Shown here: positions 48,084 to 60,538 of the stretch, in pieces
How the letters are laid out: every line of letters begins with the position of its first letter
Numbering within the stretch: the first letter of the stretch is position 1
Assembly: GCA_030390025.1 (NCBI GenBank)
Contig: CM059432.1
Location: 87,918,001 to 87,982,000 of the forward strand
Reading direction: 5' to 3'
DNA length: 64,000 bases
Origin: Squalus acanthias
Lineage: Eukaryota
Notes under the pieces: generated by a model
Told to the model about the DNA's origin: nothing
The model's database searches: none
Seen by the model: only the letters and a program-made list of their open reading frames with translations
Position numbers and translations under genes: made by a program

Positions 48084-48710
48084 AGTTTATGAAAACCAGT
48101 TTTTAAAGTACTTTGCCTTACATAATCCAAAATGTATCAGTTATTTGTGAAGTGGAGGTGCACTTTTCGAAGGTGGCAGTGGAGAGCGAGTTACTGAGAT
48201 AGCAGGCTTGCCAATGTTGCCCAAGCGCTGTCAGCCTCACCATTATTCTTATCACAAAATCCGACCCATTATATTGCCCTATCATTGTACAATAAGGCAA
48301 TTTTCAGTAATTGAGATTTCTAATTCCAGATTTAAAAGAAATTATATATTTTGTAAATAGCATGATTTAATTTATCCATTGAATTGAATGTTGTGTCTTG
48401 TAATGCTTTCATTAAGGATTTTATTTCAATGTTTTGACTTAATGGCCTGGAAATTGGATATGGTTACGAAATGGGCAGTGTTAAGGCCCAACGGGCGAGA
48501 AATTTGTGGGCTTCGCGCCACTCTGTGGCGCCATTAAATGGCGCTAAATCGGTGGCCGCCGCTCTTTCACCAGCTGGTGGCAGGTCCCGCAGCAGCCATC
48601 GATTTGGTCTCTACCTTTGCGCTGCCGGTAACTGGCAGCCCCATCCTGAACAAAATCAGCGTGCAATGCCGACTTAACATCACAAATGCGAACTTCGACC
48701 CTAGCGCTGA

Positions 48711-48826
48711 GAAGACAGAACATGCAGCAAATACTCAGCAGGTCAGGCAACATCCGTGGAGAGAAAAAGAGAGTTCACGTCTCAGATTGAGATGCTGCCT
48801 GACCAGCTGAGTATTTCCAGCATTTT
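48711..48826. mobile_element. Short Penelope-derived inverted-terminus element
   Basis: aatactcagcaggtcaggcaacatc ... gatgctgcctgaccagctgagtatt; same terminus as 33860-33900 and 41073-41090. Confidence 0.75.
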
Positions 48827-50296
48827 ATGCTGTCATTTCACATTTACAGCATCCACTTGCAGAGGGAAGAGGAAGACACAGAAAAGGAGGAAGCCGAAGA
48901 GGAGGTAGCAGAAAATGAGGAAGCAGACAGAAGGATGCATCCCAGATAGCCCCTTTGTGGCCGGGATATCCGGGATGGAAACATCTGCCTGCAGTCCCAG
49001 TGACCACAACCCCAATTCCCCTTTCAACATTAGTCCCACACCTTACCTTCCATCTGTTACTGACCATCACAGCGTCCTCTTGGCCACGATGCTAAAATAA
49101 AAGCCACCAGAAAGCAAACTTTCCAATCCACCTATATACATCTATCCATCCAATGTGACATCAAGAAATCAACTCATCACCCGTATGCATTCTTTTAGTG
49201 ACTCTTGTGTGTGCCTTTGCCTATCCGACTGATGTCATGCAGTGCTACCCCAGTGGCTGCAGCGTGGCTGGTGGAAGGCAGCTGACTTTCAGTGGGGAGC
49301 AGCGGCAGACAGGTGGGGTGGGGGGTGTCAGCATTCCTGTTCCCACCACTGCCACTCCACCATTGCCCTTGCCACTGCCTGTCAGCCAGCCAGCCCAGAC
49401 TGCTGTCGCTAATGCCGAGGTGGTGCAGTCTACAGCTGGGCTTCTAGGGCCAGAGCTGCTCGAGGTCATCTTGCAAAGCCATCTGAATCTCCCCCATGGA
49501 AACTCAGCAGCCTTCCACCAGCCATGCTGCAGCCATTGGGGGAGCACTTTGTAGAAGCACCAGTAGGACAGGAAAGGGTACCCGAATGAAAGGCACTAAG
49601 CAATTGCATAAGGGTGATTAGTTCATATCGTAAGTGTAAATATGTGTGAAGTGATTTTGGATAAATGTATTAATTTTGTTTGGAATCTTTTGTGGTTGGC
49701 CTCATTTCAGCTTTGTGCCCAGGCGGACGCGGTGATATTCCGTGACAGTGGGATGGTATGATGGGGATGTGGTGAGCAACGGGGATCTGGGGTTTCATTC
49801 ATTGGAATCGGAGTCTGTTGAGCTGTTCATGGACAGCCCGTCCGGAAGGGGGATTGGCTGTCTGCCTCCTCCCTGCCTCCTCCCTTCCTCCTCACCCTCT
49901 TCCTCTTCCTCCTCCTCCTCTCCCTGGTCTTCCTCCTGAGGTGGTGCCACAATCCCTGGTGGCAAGGGCTGTGCCCTCATGATGGCCAAGTTGTGAAGCA
50001 TGCAGCAGACTACCACGAAATGAGACACCCGCTCTGGCATTTACTGTAGGGCTCCTCCCGAGCGGTCAAGGCAGTGGAACCATTGCTTCAGCAGCCTGCT
50101 GGTCTGCTCGATGATGTTCCTGGTGGAAGCATGGCTCTCATTATATGAGTGCTTGGCACGAGTGGTGGGGTTGCGGAGGGGAGTCATGAGCCAGGTGCAG
50201 AGCGGATAGCCGCGAGTTTGATGTGCTGGCTGGAAGATAGCTGGCACACCGGACTGACGCAGGATGAAGGCATCATGGCTGCTGCCAGGATAGTGG

Positions 50297-50487
50297 TGAG
50301 AAGTCGCACAACACCAGGTTATAGTCCAACAGCTTTATTTGAAATCACAAGCTTTCGGAGCGGCTGCTCCTTCGTCAGGTGCTCCGAAGGCTTGTGATTT
50401 CAAATAAAGCTGTTGGACTATAACCTGGTGTTGTGCGACTTCTCACTTTTGTCCACCCCAGTCCAACACTGGCATCTCCGCATCATG
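50297..50487. mobile_element. Young Penelope-derived hairpin element with hammerhead core
   Basis: 66-bp arms (50296-50361 / 50381-50446) with 1 mismatch; flanking duplication gccaggatag(t/c)gg. Confidence 0.85.
50345..50381 (-). ncRNA. Minimal type I hammerhead ribozyme motif
   Basis: Minus strand CAC-CTGACGA-A-GGAGC(AGCC)GCTCC-GAAA-GC-TT-GTG. Confidence 0.65.
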
Positions 50488-51573
50488 GCCAGGATAGCGG
50501 GCATTGACCATCAGGAAGCGCTGGGCGTGGTCACACATCAACTGCACATTAAGTGAGTGGTAACCTTTGCGGAAGATCTCAGGATTGTTATACAGCGCCC
50601 ACAAAGCCATGTGATGGTGCCCTGCACCATGGGGAAGCCCACTATCCTGGCAAAGCCAGATGCGCACTCGTCCTGCTACTTTCTGCTCAGAGAGAAGACA
50701 ATGTAATCCTTTCTCCTGGAGTAGAGAGCCTCTATGACCTTTGTGACCTCCCGGATACAGCAATGGACGGCGAACTGTGAGATGTTAGCTATGTCTCCTG
50801 CTGTAGACTGGAAGGATCCACTGGTGAAGAAATTGAGGGCCACGGTGACCTTAACTGCCACTGGGAGAGCTGTGTTGGTCTGGTTGCAGGAGGTGGTAGA
50901 GTTCTGTGACCACCTCCTTGGTAAAGCGGAGCCTCCTAATACACTGCTCCTCGCTTAAATGGGTATAAGAGAAGAACTGTCTGAAGACCCTAGGTGGGTA
51001 AGGCCTCCTGTTGAGAGCCCTCCTGGACCTCCTTCTCCTTCTGTGTGCATCTTCTCGTCTTCTTCGCTGCCTCCGCTTCCTCTTCCGAAGATACTCAAGT
51101 CAGAGCCAGCCTCGAGGGTCACGAACTGGGGCGATATTTAAAGGGAAGGTGCGGCCAAGACCCGCACCGCCATTTTCTTTTTTTGGACGACCTCCAGGTC
51201 GGCCCTCCGGGATGGGCCCTGGCATGGTTCTGGCCGTCATTGCGCAGCCCGGCACCGCATCTCAGTACCGGGCTGCGGCCGCAGCACCGGGCCGCCCTGG
51301 TGGCCTAGTGTAGGCCATCGGAGACCCTGCAGAGTGTGCAGCGGCCCTCCCCTTTAACTGAAGGGGAGGGGTGTAGAAGCGCTGCTGATTGCGCCCGACA
51401 TCGCATCGGTTACCGCCCCTTCAGGAAGTGGAGCGCTCGAGATTGCGGTCTACTTCCTGTGTGGGGCGGTAAGCCGAATTTAGCGGCCGGGGCGGTACTT
51501 CCGCGCCGGGCGCTAAATGTCCGGCCTTAACTCGTTACTGCCCTCAAACGGGGCGTAACCAAATTTTGCGCCC

Positions 51574-53540
51574 ATAGAATCATCGAATGGTTACAACACG
51601 GAAGAAGGCCATTCGGCCCGGCAAGCCCGTGCTGACTCTAAGCTAGTCCCACTTGCCTACCCTTTCCCTGTAGCCCTGCAAATTTTTTTCCTTCAGATGC
51701 TTATCCAACTCCCTTTTGAAAGCCGTGATTGAATCTGCCTCCACCACCCTTTCAGGCAGTGCATTCCAGATCCTAACCACTCGCTGCGTAAAAAAGTTTT
51801 TTCTTACGTTTCCTTTGGTTCTTTTGCCAATCACCTTAATTCTGTGTCCTCTGGTTCTCGACCCTTCTGCCAATGGGAACAGTTTCTCTCTATCTACTCT
51901 GTCCAGACCCCTCATGATTTTGAACACCTCTAACAAATCTCCTCTCAATCTTCTCTGCTCCAAGGAGAACAACCCCAGCTTCTCCAGTCTATCAACGTAA
52001 CTGAAGTCCCTCATTCCTGGAATCATTCTCGTAAATCTTTTCTGCACCCTCTCTAAGGCCTTCACATCCTTCCTAAAGTGTGGTGCCCAGAATTGGACAC
52101 AGTATTCCAGTTGGAGCCGAACCAATGTTTTATACAGGTTCATCATAATTTCCACGCTTTTGTACTCTATACCTCTTCATGAAGCCCAGGATCCCGTAAG
52201 CATTTTTAACTGCTTTCTCAACCTCCCCACCACCTTCAACGATTTGTTCACATATACCCCAAGGTCTCTCTGTTCGTGCACTCCCATTAGGATTTTACCA
52301 TTTAGTTTAAATGTCCTCTCCTCATTCTTTCTACCAAAATGTATCACTTCACACTTTTCTGCATTAAATTTCATCTGCCACGTGTCCGCCCATTTCACCA
52401 GCCTGTTTATGTCTTCCTGAAGTCTATTACTCTCCTCCTCACTGTTCACTATACTTCCAAGTTTTGTGTCATCTGGAAATTTTGAAATTGTGCCCTGCAC
52501 ACCCACGTCCAAGTCATTTATATATATCAAGAAAAGCAGTGGTCCTAGTACCGACCCCTGGGGAACACCACTGTATAGGTTCCTCCCGTCCAAAAAACAA
52601 CCGTTCACCACTACTCTCTGTTTCCTGTCACTTAGCCAATTCCATGCTGACACTGTCCCTTTTATTCCATGGGCTTCAACTTTGCTGGCGGACCTATTAT
52701 GTGGCACTTTGTCGAAAGCCTTTTGGAAATCCATGTACACCACATCAACCGCATTACCCTCATCAACCCTCTCTGTTACCTCATCAAAAAACTCGATCAA
52801 GTTGGTTAAACACGATTTGCCTTTAACAAATCTGTGCTGGCTTTCCTTAATTAATCCACACCTGTCCAAGTGACTGTTAATTTTGTCCCTGATTACTGTT
52901 TCTAATAGCTTCTCCACTACCGAGGTTAAACTGACTGGCCTATAGTTGCTGAGTTTATCTTTACACCCTTTTTTGAACAAGGGTGTAACATTTGCAATTC
53001 TCCAGTCCTCTGGCACCACCCCCATATCTAAGAAGGATTGGAATATTATGGCCAGTACCTCCGCGATTTCCTCCCTTAATTCCCTCAGCATCCTAGGATG
53101 CATCCCATCCGCTCCTGGTGACTTATCTACTTTAAGTACAGACAGCTTTTCTAATATCTCTTCTTTATCAATTTTTATATTATCAAGTGTCTCCACTACT
53201 TCCTCCTTCACTATGTCTATGGCAGTATCCTCTTCCTTGGTGAAGACAGATGCAAAGTACTCATGTAGTACCTCAACCATACCCTCTGCCTCCATGCGTA
53301 GGTCTCCTTTTTGGTCCCTAATCGGCCCCACCCCTCCTCTTACTACCCTTTTACTAATTATATGCCTATAGAAGACTTTTGGATTACCTTTTATGTTAGT
53401 TGCCATGCTATTCTCATACCCTCTCTTTGCTCCTCTTATTTTCTTTATCACTTCTCCTCTGACCTTTCTGTATATAGCCTGATTCTCAGATGTATTTGCA
53501 ACCTGACATCTGTCATACGCGCTCTTTTTCTGCTTCCTCG
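51574..53540 (-). mobile_element. CR1 LINE, 5'-truncated
   Basis: 424-aa and 170-aa RT ORFs; close relative of 1874-4385. Confidence 0.95.
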
Positions 53541-54821
53541 GTTTCGATTTTTAAATATAAATAACAATATAAAATCAAAGTATTAAATATAAAAATAAAG
53601 GCAGAACACATGGCTTTAAAATGTGGACTGAATTACATCTGCACACCCTGGTCCATTTAAACTTCACAATCTATTCCCATTACACCTATTCTTGACGCCC
53701 CATTTGCAGTTTCACAGGAGATCAATTGGTAACCTCCCACCGAGAACCTCCATCACTCACCCCGCAAAAATATCCTGGGCAAGGTGGAGGTTCCCTCTTT
53801 TGCATAATTCCAGTGTGTACCCATGTCACTACGAGTGCATCTTGTGCGCCCGTCAGAGCAGGGAGGCGCTTGCAGCTGTAGGTTTATGTGCTGGCACCAT
53901 GAGCACAAAGACATTTATTTTGGGGCACTTCAACCCCCTTTGCAAAGGGGCTGGGGTCACTCACTAATGTGCTAGTTTTCTTTTGAGGGGTTCAGGCCAG
54001 CAACCCCATATGGGACCCACTTCTGTCGGCTGGGAGGCTGGGTATTCATCCTTTCACTCAGCACACCAGCTTCCAGCGGATCCCAAGGTGGAGCTGAGGA
54101 TACTTGGGAATCCTCTGATGCAGGGAGAACCACCTGAAACAAATCCCTACAGAGATTAGGGGCAAGCAGGCTCCGGCCTAATTTGCCAGCCTTCTGCTGC
54201 ACTCCTGCCCGACTTATGGCAGAAGTGCGCCGGAAGGGCTATGGATTTTTGGAGCTGTTATATATAGAAGACTTTAGAACATAGATGGATTTCTGGTACA
54301 AGGTGAACGTATTTGCAATTTTTCAATAATGTTGAATGTTCAATACAGCTGGACCTTAAGCAAGCACTTCTGTCTTTCCTCGCTTAGCTCTAACCTTGTG
54401 ACCATTCACCTCTGTCCTTCTCCCTGATGATATGATCTCCCACCTCTGTCCTTCTCTAACTCATAGCCTAAACACTGTAATCTACAGGCACTGGGTCAGC
54501 TCAGCAATGCAGACACATACACACTACACTATTGTCACATGCCTGTAAGTTTCAGCAAAAACCATACAATAAAACTTAAAAGCAGGAAATTCCAGGCTCA
54601 AATTTCTTTACGTGACATTGAAACAAATAGTACCCAGTAAATGGAAGTTGAATGCCGCAAGCATCTGGACAGTATCACTCTCAACATGGTCTGCTGGAAC
54701 AAACAGATTAAGCCAATTCACTCAAAAGGCTTACGACACATATCATGATTAACATGCAACTTGCAGCAAAGCTCAAATTTGGAACCTCGGTTCAAACTCA
54801 GGCTAGACTAATGGGCTGAAT

Positions 54822-55522
54822 GGTCCGGAATTTGTGGTCAGCGGCGAAGCAACCTTGAAGAAAGCTGTCCACAAAGATCTAGTGATGTCTGTGGTGTGAA
54901 TTCCACCTCTCCCGACGTTAGTTTGAATCTGGCGCAAAATCAAGCAAATCTGCAGCATCCAGCAACAGTGATGTCATCAAGCAGGCTAAGCAGCCAATCA
55001 CATTGAAGGATTCTCACAGACAGGAAACCAGGAAGTAAAATGCACTGATTATAATTTACTTTTTATAAATTTTACAGACTGCGAAATAAAGATTGGGACA
55101 TACACAAAAGATTAAGGTAGAATCTGAAATATCATTCTTATCATCTTAATGGAAAAATCTGACATTCCACAAATATAAAATTAGTTTTTCAGGGCCAGAA
55201 CGGTTGTTCAGCAGTCAATACGCTGTTAAAACCCCAGTTACACCTCTTTCAACAAGGCTTAACTTTTTGGGGTTTTTTTTAACAGCGATATTCCAGCATA
55301 ATAGGGGAAGTTTTCGACAGGAACTATGATTTGAATTGATTGCCGACTGTGGGGAGTTCCACAGCGCAACCTGTGGAGAAGCGTGGAATCACTGACAGCA
55401 ACTTCTGGATTTCCTCGTTTATCTGCGCATGCGCTGACTCCAGAAGTTGCTGTCACTTTCAGAGGAGTAATGACAGTGAATGCTGACAGTTCCATCATCA
55501 TTACCACTGTAAAATCCAGGCT
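54822..55522. mobile_element. Harbinger-type MITE, family D, inserted in an old SINE-like repeat
   Basis: Ends GGTCCGGAATTTG / TAAAATCCAGGCT; TSD AAT. The empty site matches the repeat at about 4605-4635. Confidence 0.8.
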
Positions 55523-56112
55523 AATGTCTCCTCTGTTGGGTGTAAGTGTCTTATGGGGTTGGGTGTATGTGTTTCGGCAGCACCAGTCCAGTTCCTAGTG
55601 GACATGGGCCCACGGCACAAAACTGCCCTTAATTTGGCACGAGTTGTTCTTAAATTACAAATGGAGCCCACAGGATAACTGGTGTGGCAAATAGAAAAAA
55701 ATCCCATAGCTAAGAGGTATGATTCTGCAGTTAAGGCTGAGCCATTCTCCTAGGGCAAAAGAAAAGAAGGTTGAGGGGGCATTTATACTGCAGCTGCTAG
55801 CCTCAGTATGGGTTCCCTGCTTATATTGCCAGGCTGGAACAGCAATTCTCCTGCTCAGCCAAGAGCTCTGTGTATGTGCGGTTACGTGCATGTGCTAAGC
55901 TGCTCTCCCAGTGGTTAAGATTGAAATGTTTAGATAGCGTGGGTAGGAGCACCTGCACGGTCTAAACTTTTTAATTACCTGCAGGTAGGTTTAAAAACTC
56001 TCCAGGAGGTGCAAGGGAGCACTTTTTAAACCAGGTGTGCAACACTCCATGCAGTGTCAAGCCCAAGCTGTGTGAGATGGCCTCCTTGCAGTGGCGGGAG
56101 AGGGGGGGCGGG

Positions 56113-56274
56113 GGGAATAATTTTGACTTTGGGCTACAGTATAAATAAGGCGCTATCAATTCAGCCGCCCGTATACATCTCTCCCGATCTTCATTTGAAT
56201 CAGGAGAGGTGTATAACGGGCGGCTGAATTAATATCGCCATTTTACATTATCACCCAAAGTCTAAATTACTCTC
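56113..56274. repeat. Palindromic hairpin element (MITE-like), about 160 bp
   Basis: taattttgactttggg...aattcagccgcccgtatacatctctcc / ggagaggtgtataacgggcggctgaatt...cccaaagtctaaatta; related fragment at 47596-47680. Confidence 0.85.
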
Positions 56275-56310
56275 GAGGTCTCACGCTACTCCTCTCTACA
56301 CTGCTGATGT

Positions 56311-56695
56311 AAGAAAGAAAGAAGAAAGACCTGCAATAATATAGCGCCTTCACGACCTCGAGACGTCCTAAAGCGCTTTACAGCCAATGAAGTACTTTTT
56401 GGAGTGTAGTCACTGTTGTCATGTAGGAAACGCAGCAGCCAATATTCGCACAGCAAGATCACACAAACAGCAATGTGATAATGACCAGATAATCTGTTTT
56501 AGTGATGTTGATTGAGGGATAATTATTGGCCAGGATACTGGGGAGAAATCCCCAGCTCTTCTTCAAAATAGTGCCATAGGATCTTTTATGTCCACCTGCG
56601 AGGACAGACGGTTTAACCTCTCATCCGAAAAATGGCACCTCCGACAGTGAAACACTCTCTCTGTAATGCACTGAAGTGTCAGCCTCGGTTTTGTA
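56311..56695 (-). repeat. SacSINE1/DeuSINE-like SINE, well preserved
   Basis: Minus-strand caggtggacataaaagatcctatggcactattttgaagaagagc...aaaacagattatctggtcattatcacattgctg (Deu domain) with L2-like tail. Confidence 0.85.
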
Positions 56696-57379
56696 AAGTC
56701 CTGTAATGTAGCATCACTGCAAATCTCAAATTACTGTATAAACACATCCTAACTCCATATCTAATCATGTTATACTTGACTCAGCCTGTTTGATGGCGGT
56801 GGGTTCCCAAAATGGAGTGTACCATTCCTCAGCATGGCTATCCCTCACCTTGATGTGTACAAAAATTCACAAAACAGTTTTGAAAAGGAAATAAAAATAA
56901 ACTTTGAGTGTGTAAGTCAGTCATTTATGTGGATGAAGCATGTTGGCTGCTCTGAATGGCAAGAGGAAAGCAAAGGAAAAGACATCGCATTCGTTCTTAG
57001 GGGTAGACCTGTGACAGATTCCAAAGATTCCAGTGAACAAAATCATGCAAGTATCAACCATATATGGTATTTGTCTGGTGATGTGGTGCTTGGAGATGCT
57101 ATTACTTGCACTGAGTGGATTCTCTGGTATTATTGTATCTTTTTTGTCTGAGTTTCTGAGCAGCTGTGAACAACAGAGCAGCAGATTCTCTGCTTATACC
57201 AACTGCTCCATAAAGTGGTATTATTTAGCACAAAATTAATAAATTCATATTGATGTCCTACTTACAAACAAAACTAATAACTCACCTGTTCAGTCTCTAT
57301 ATATTAAAGAACACAACTGTCAAGGGTATTTGAGTTTTCGAGGACCCACACCTACTAAGGAATAGGAACAGCGCGCGCA

Positions 57380-59645
57380 GATGCATCTGTCCATGACAGT
57401 ATTGGTAGCAGTGACCACCACACAGTCATTGTGGAGACGAAGTCCCGTCTTCACACTGAGGACACCCCCCATCGTGCTGTATGGCACTACCACCGTGCTA
57501 AAGGGAATAGATTCAGAACAGATCTAGCAGCTCAAAACTGGGCATCCATGAGGCGCTGTGGGCCATCAGCAGCAGCAGAATTGTATTCCACCACAATCTG
57601 TAACCTCATGGCTCGGCATATCCTTCAATCTACCATTACGATCAAGCCAGGAGACCAACCCTGGTTCAATAAGGAGTGTAAAAGAGCATGCCAGGAGCAG
57701 CACCAGGCGTACCTAAAAATGAGGTGCCAACCTGGGGAAGATGCAACACAGGACTACATGCATGCTAAACAGCGGAAGCAGCATGCTATAGACAGGGCTA
57801 AGCGATCCCACAATCAACGGATCAGATCAAAGCTCTGCAGTCCTGCCACATCCAGTCGTGAATGGTGGTGGACCATTAAACAACTAACGGGAGGAGGAGG
57901 CTCCATGAATATCCCCATCCTCAATGATGGTGGAGCCCAGCACGTGAGTGCAAAAGACAAGGCTGAAGCGTTTGCAACCATCTTCAGCCAGAAGTGCCGA
58001 GTGGATGATCCATATCGGCCTCCTCCCGAGGTCCCCACCATCACAGAAGCCAGTCTTTAGCCAATTCGATTCACTCCACGTGATATCAAGAAATGGCTGA
58101 GCGCACTGCATACAGCAAAGGCTATGGGCCCCGACAACATCCCGGCTATCGTGCTGAAGACTTGTGCTCCAGAAGTAGCCGCGCCTCCAGCCAAGCTGTT
58201 CCAGTACAGCTACAACACTGGCATCTATCCGACAATGTGGAAAACTGCCCAGGTATGTTCTGTCCACAAAAAGCAGGACAAATCCAATACGGCCAATTAC
58301 CACCCCATCAGTCTACTCTCAATCATCAGCAAAGTGATGGAAGATGTTATCAACTGTGCTATCAAGTGGCACTTACTCACCAATAACCTGCTCACTGATG
58401 CCCAGTTTGGGTTCCGCCAAGAATACTCGGCTCCCGACCTCATTACAGCCTTGGTCCAAACATGGACAAAGTAGCTGAATTCCAGAGGTGAGGTGAGAGT
58501 TACTGCCCTCAACATCAAGGCAGCATTTGACCAAGTGTGGCATCAAGGAGTCCTAGTAAAACTGAAGTCAATGGGAATCGGGGGGAAAACTCTCCACTGG
58601 CTGGAGTCATACCTAGCACAAAGGAAGATGGTTGTGGTGGTTGAAGGTCAATCATCAAGTCCCAGGACATCGCTGCAGGAGTTCCTCAGGGCAGTGTCCT
58701 AGGCCCAACCATCTTCAGCTGCTTCATCAATGACATTCCCTCCAACATAAGGTCAGAAATGGGGATGTTTGTTGATGATTGCACAGTGTTCAGCGCCATT
58801 CGCAACTCCTCAGATAATGAAGCAGTTCATGCCCGCATGCAACAAGAGCTGGACGACATTCAGGCTTGGGTTGATAAGTGGCAGGTAACATTTGCGACAC
58901 ACAAGTGCCAGGTAATGACTATCTCCAACAAGCCACCACCCCTTGACATTCAACTGTTTTCCCATCGCCGAATCCCCCACCATCAACATCCTGGGGGTCA
59001 CCATTGACCAGAAACTTAACTGGACCAGCCACATAAATACTGTGGGAACAAGAGCAGGTCAGAGGCTGGGTATTCTGCGGCGAGTGTCTCACCTCATGAC
59101 TCCCCAAAGCCTTTCCACCATCTACAAGGCACAAGTCAGGAGTGTGATGGAATACTCTCCATTTGCCTGGATGAGTGCAGCTCCAACAACAGTCAAGAAG
59201 CTTGACACCATCCAGGACAAAGCAGCCCGCTTGATTGGCACCCCATCCAACACCTTAAACATTCACTCCCTCCACCACTGGTGTACCGTGGCTGCAGTGT
59301 GTACCATCTACAAGATGCACTGTAGCAACTCGCCAAGGCTTCTTCGACAGCACCTCCCAAACCCGGAACCTCTACTACCTAAAAGGACAAGGGCAGCAGG
59401 TGCATGGGAACACCACCACCTCCAAGTTCCCCTCTAAGTCACACACCATCCTGACTTGGAATTATATCGCCGATCCTTCATCGTCGCTGGTCAAAATCCT
59501 GGAACTCTCTCCCTAGCAGCACTGTGGGGGTACCATCACCATACGGACTGCAGCGGTTCAAGAAGGAGGCTCACCACCACCTTCTCAAGGGCAATTAGGG
59601 ATGGGCAATAAATGTTGGCTTTGCCAGTGACGCCCACATCCCAGG
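57380..59645 (+). mobile_element. Non-LTR retrotransposon (CR1/L2/Jockey-group RT, distinct from the classical CR1s), decayed
   Basis: SDH endonuclease end, GPDNIP, YHPISLLS, QFGFR, ALNIKAAFDQVWH, FVDD; stops and frameshifts; AATAAA near the 3' end. Confidence 0.88.
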
Positions 59646-59721
59646 AACCTGGGCCAACCTGAAATTGGCCTTTGGGCTTCATTAACATTTTTTGCACATG
59701 CTGCCAGCGCCTGTCGTGCAC

Positions 59722-59930
59722 TATAACAACATCTTGCATTTTTATAGCACCTTTAACATAGTAAAACGTCCCAAGGCACTTCACTGGAGCAATTATCAAA
59801 CAAAATTTGACACCAAGCGACATAAAGAGATATTAGGTCAGATGACCAAAAGCTTGTTCAAAGAGGTAGGTTTTAAGGAATGTCTTAAAGGAGGAGTGAG
59901 AGGTAGAGAGGGTAGAGGTTTAGGGAGGGA
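59722..59930 (-). mobile_element. L2 3' end fragment (uninterrupted)
   Basis: Matches 30301-30320 plus 31058-31230. Confidence 0.85.
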
Positions 59931-60538
59931 TGAATATTATTAGAGTGAGAGCAATGGGTAGAAAATAAGACAAAATTATTTTTTTATACGATGGCGGAAT
60001 TTCCCCGTTGCCAAGTGTGCCGGTTTGGGCGTGGTTGGCAGTAAAAGTCCCAGAAATTAACAGCGCGTCGGGAACCCACCGTCATCCTGCCACCTCGCGC
60101 ATTTAACTTGGGCGGCTTTGATGGCGCGACACGGACCCCATCGGCAGAGGCTGGTGACCTCATTCAAGTCATTAACTGCTTGTTGAGAGACCCTTTAGAG
60201 GGTTTTTAACACCAGCTTTTGACTTTTACTGCAGGAGTGTGAGATTCACGGAGGTTGGGTGCCTCGTCTGTGAAGGGGAGGCAGAAGCTCAGTGGCCATT
60301 GGTGAGTCCACTCATTGACAGCTGGGAAAAGCACATAAATACTGCAACATTACACCTCATTACTTGCCTCATGGAAAGGCTCTTGCTGACTCCATTTTGT
60401 CCACAGATTTAGGTGTCAGCAGCTTGCAGGTCATTTCTGAAACCTCGGAAGCCACTCTCACCACATTGCTACTCAGTATCAGAACATTGAGGGATCGGGC
60501 CTCTGATCTCCACTTTACCTGCCATCTACTACATCAGC

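Larger units (their letters stand above)
49795..51085 (-). pseudogene. Harbinger transposase pseudogene
   Basis: Fragments [50 protein letters not shown] with acidic tail. Frameshifts, deletions and an insertion. Confidence 0.9.
48444..51573. mobile_element. Composite Harbinger remnant (transposase on -, Myb C-terminal remnant on +)
   Basis: Ends AAT|GGCCTGGAAATTGG and AAATTTTGCGCCC|ATA; flanks do not match. 51115-51573 resembles a family-A MITE end. Confidence 0.65.

Noticed and set aside
48444..51573. Single intact Harbinger with matching TIRs
   Set aside because: The flanks differ (AAT vs ATA), the termini are only loosely similar, and the TATA-like module at 51135 points away from the transposase, so it is treated as composite.
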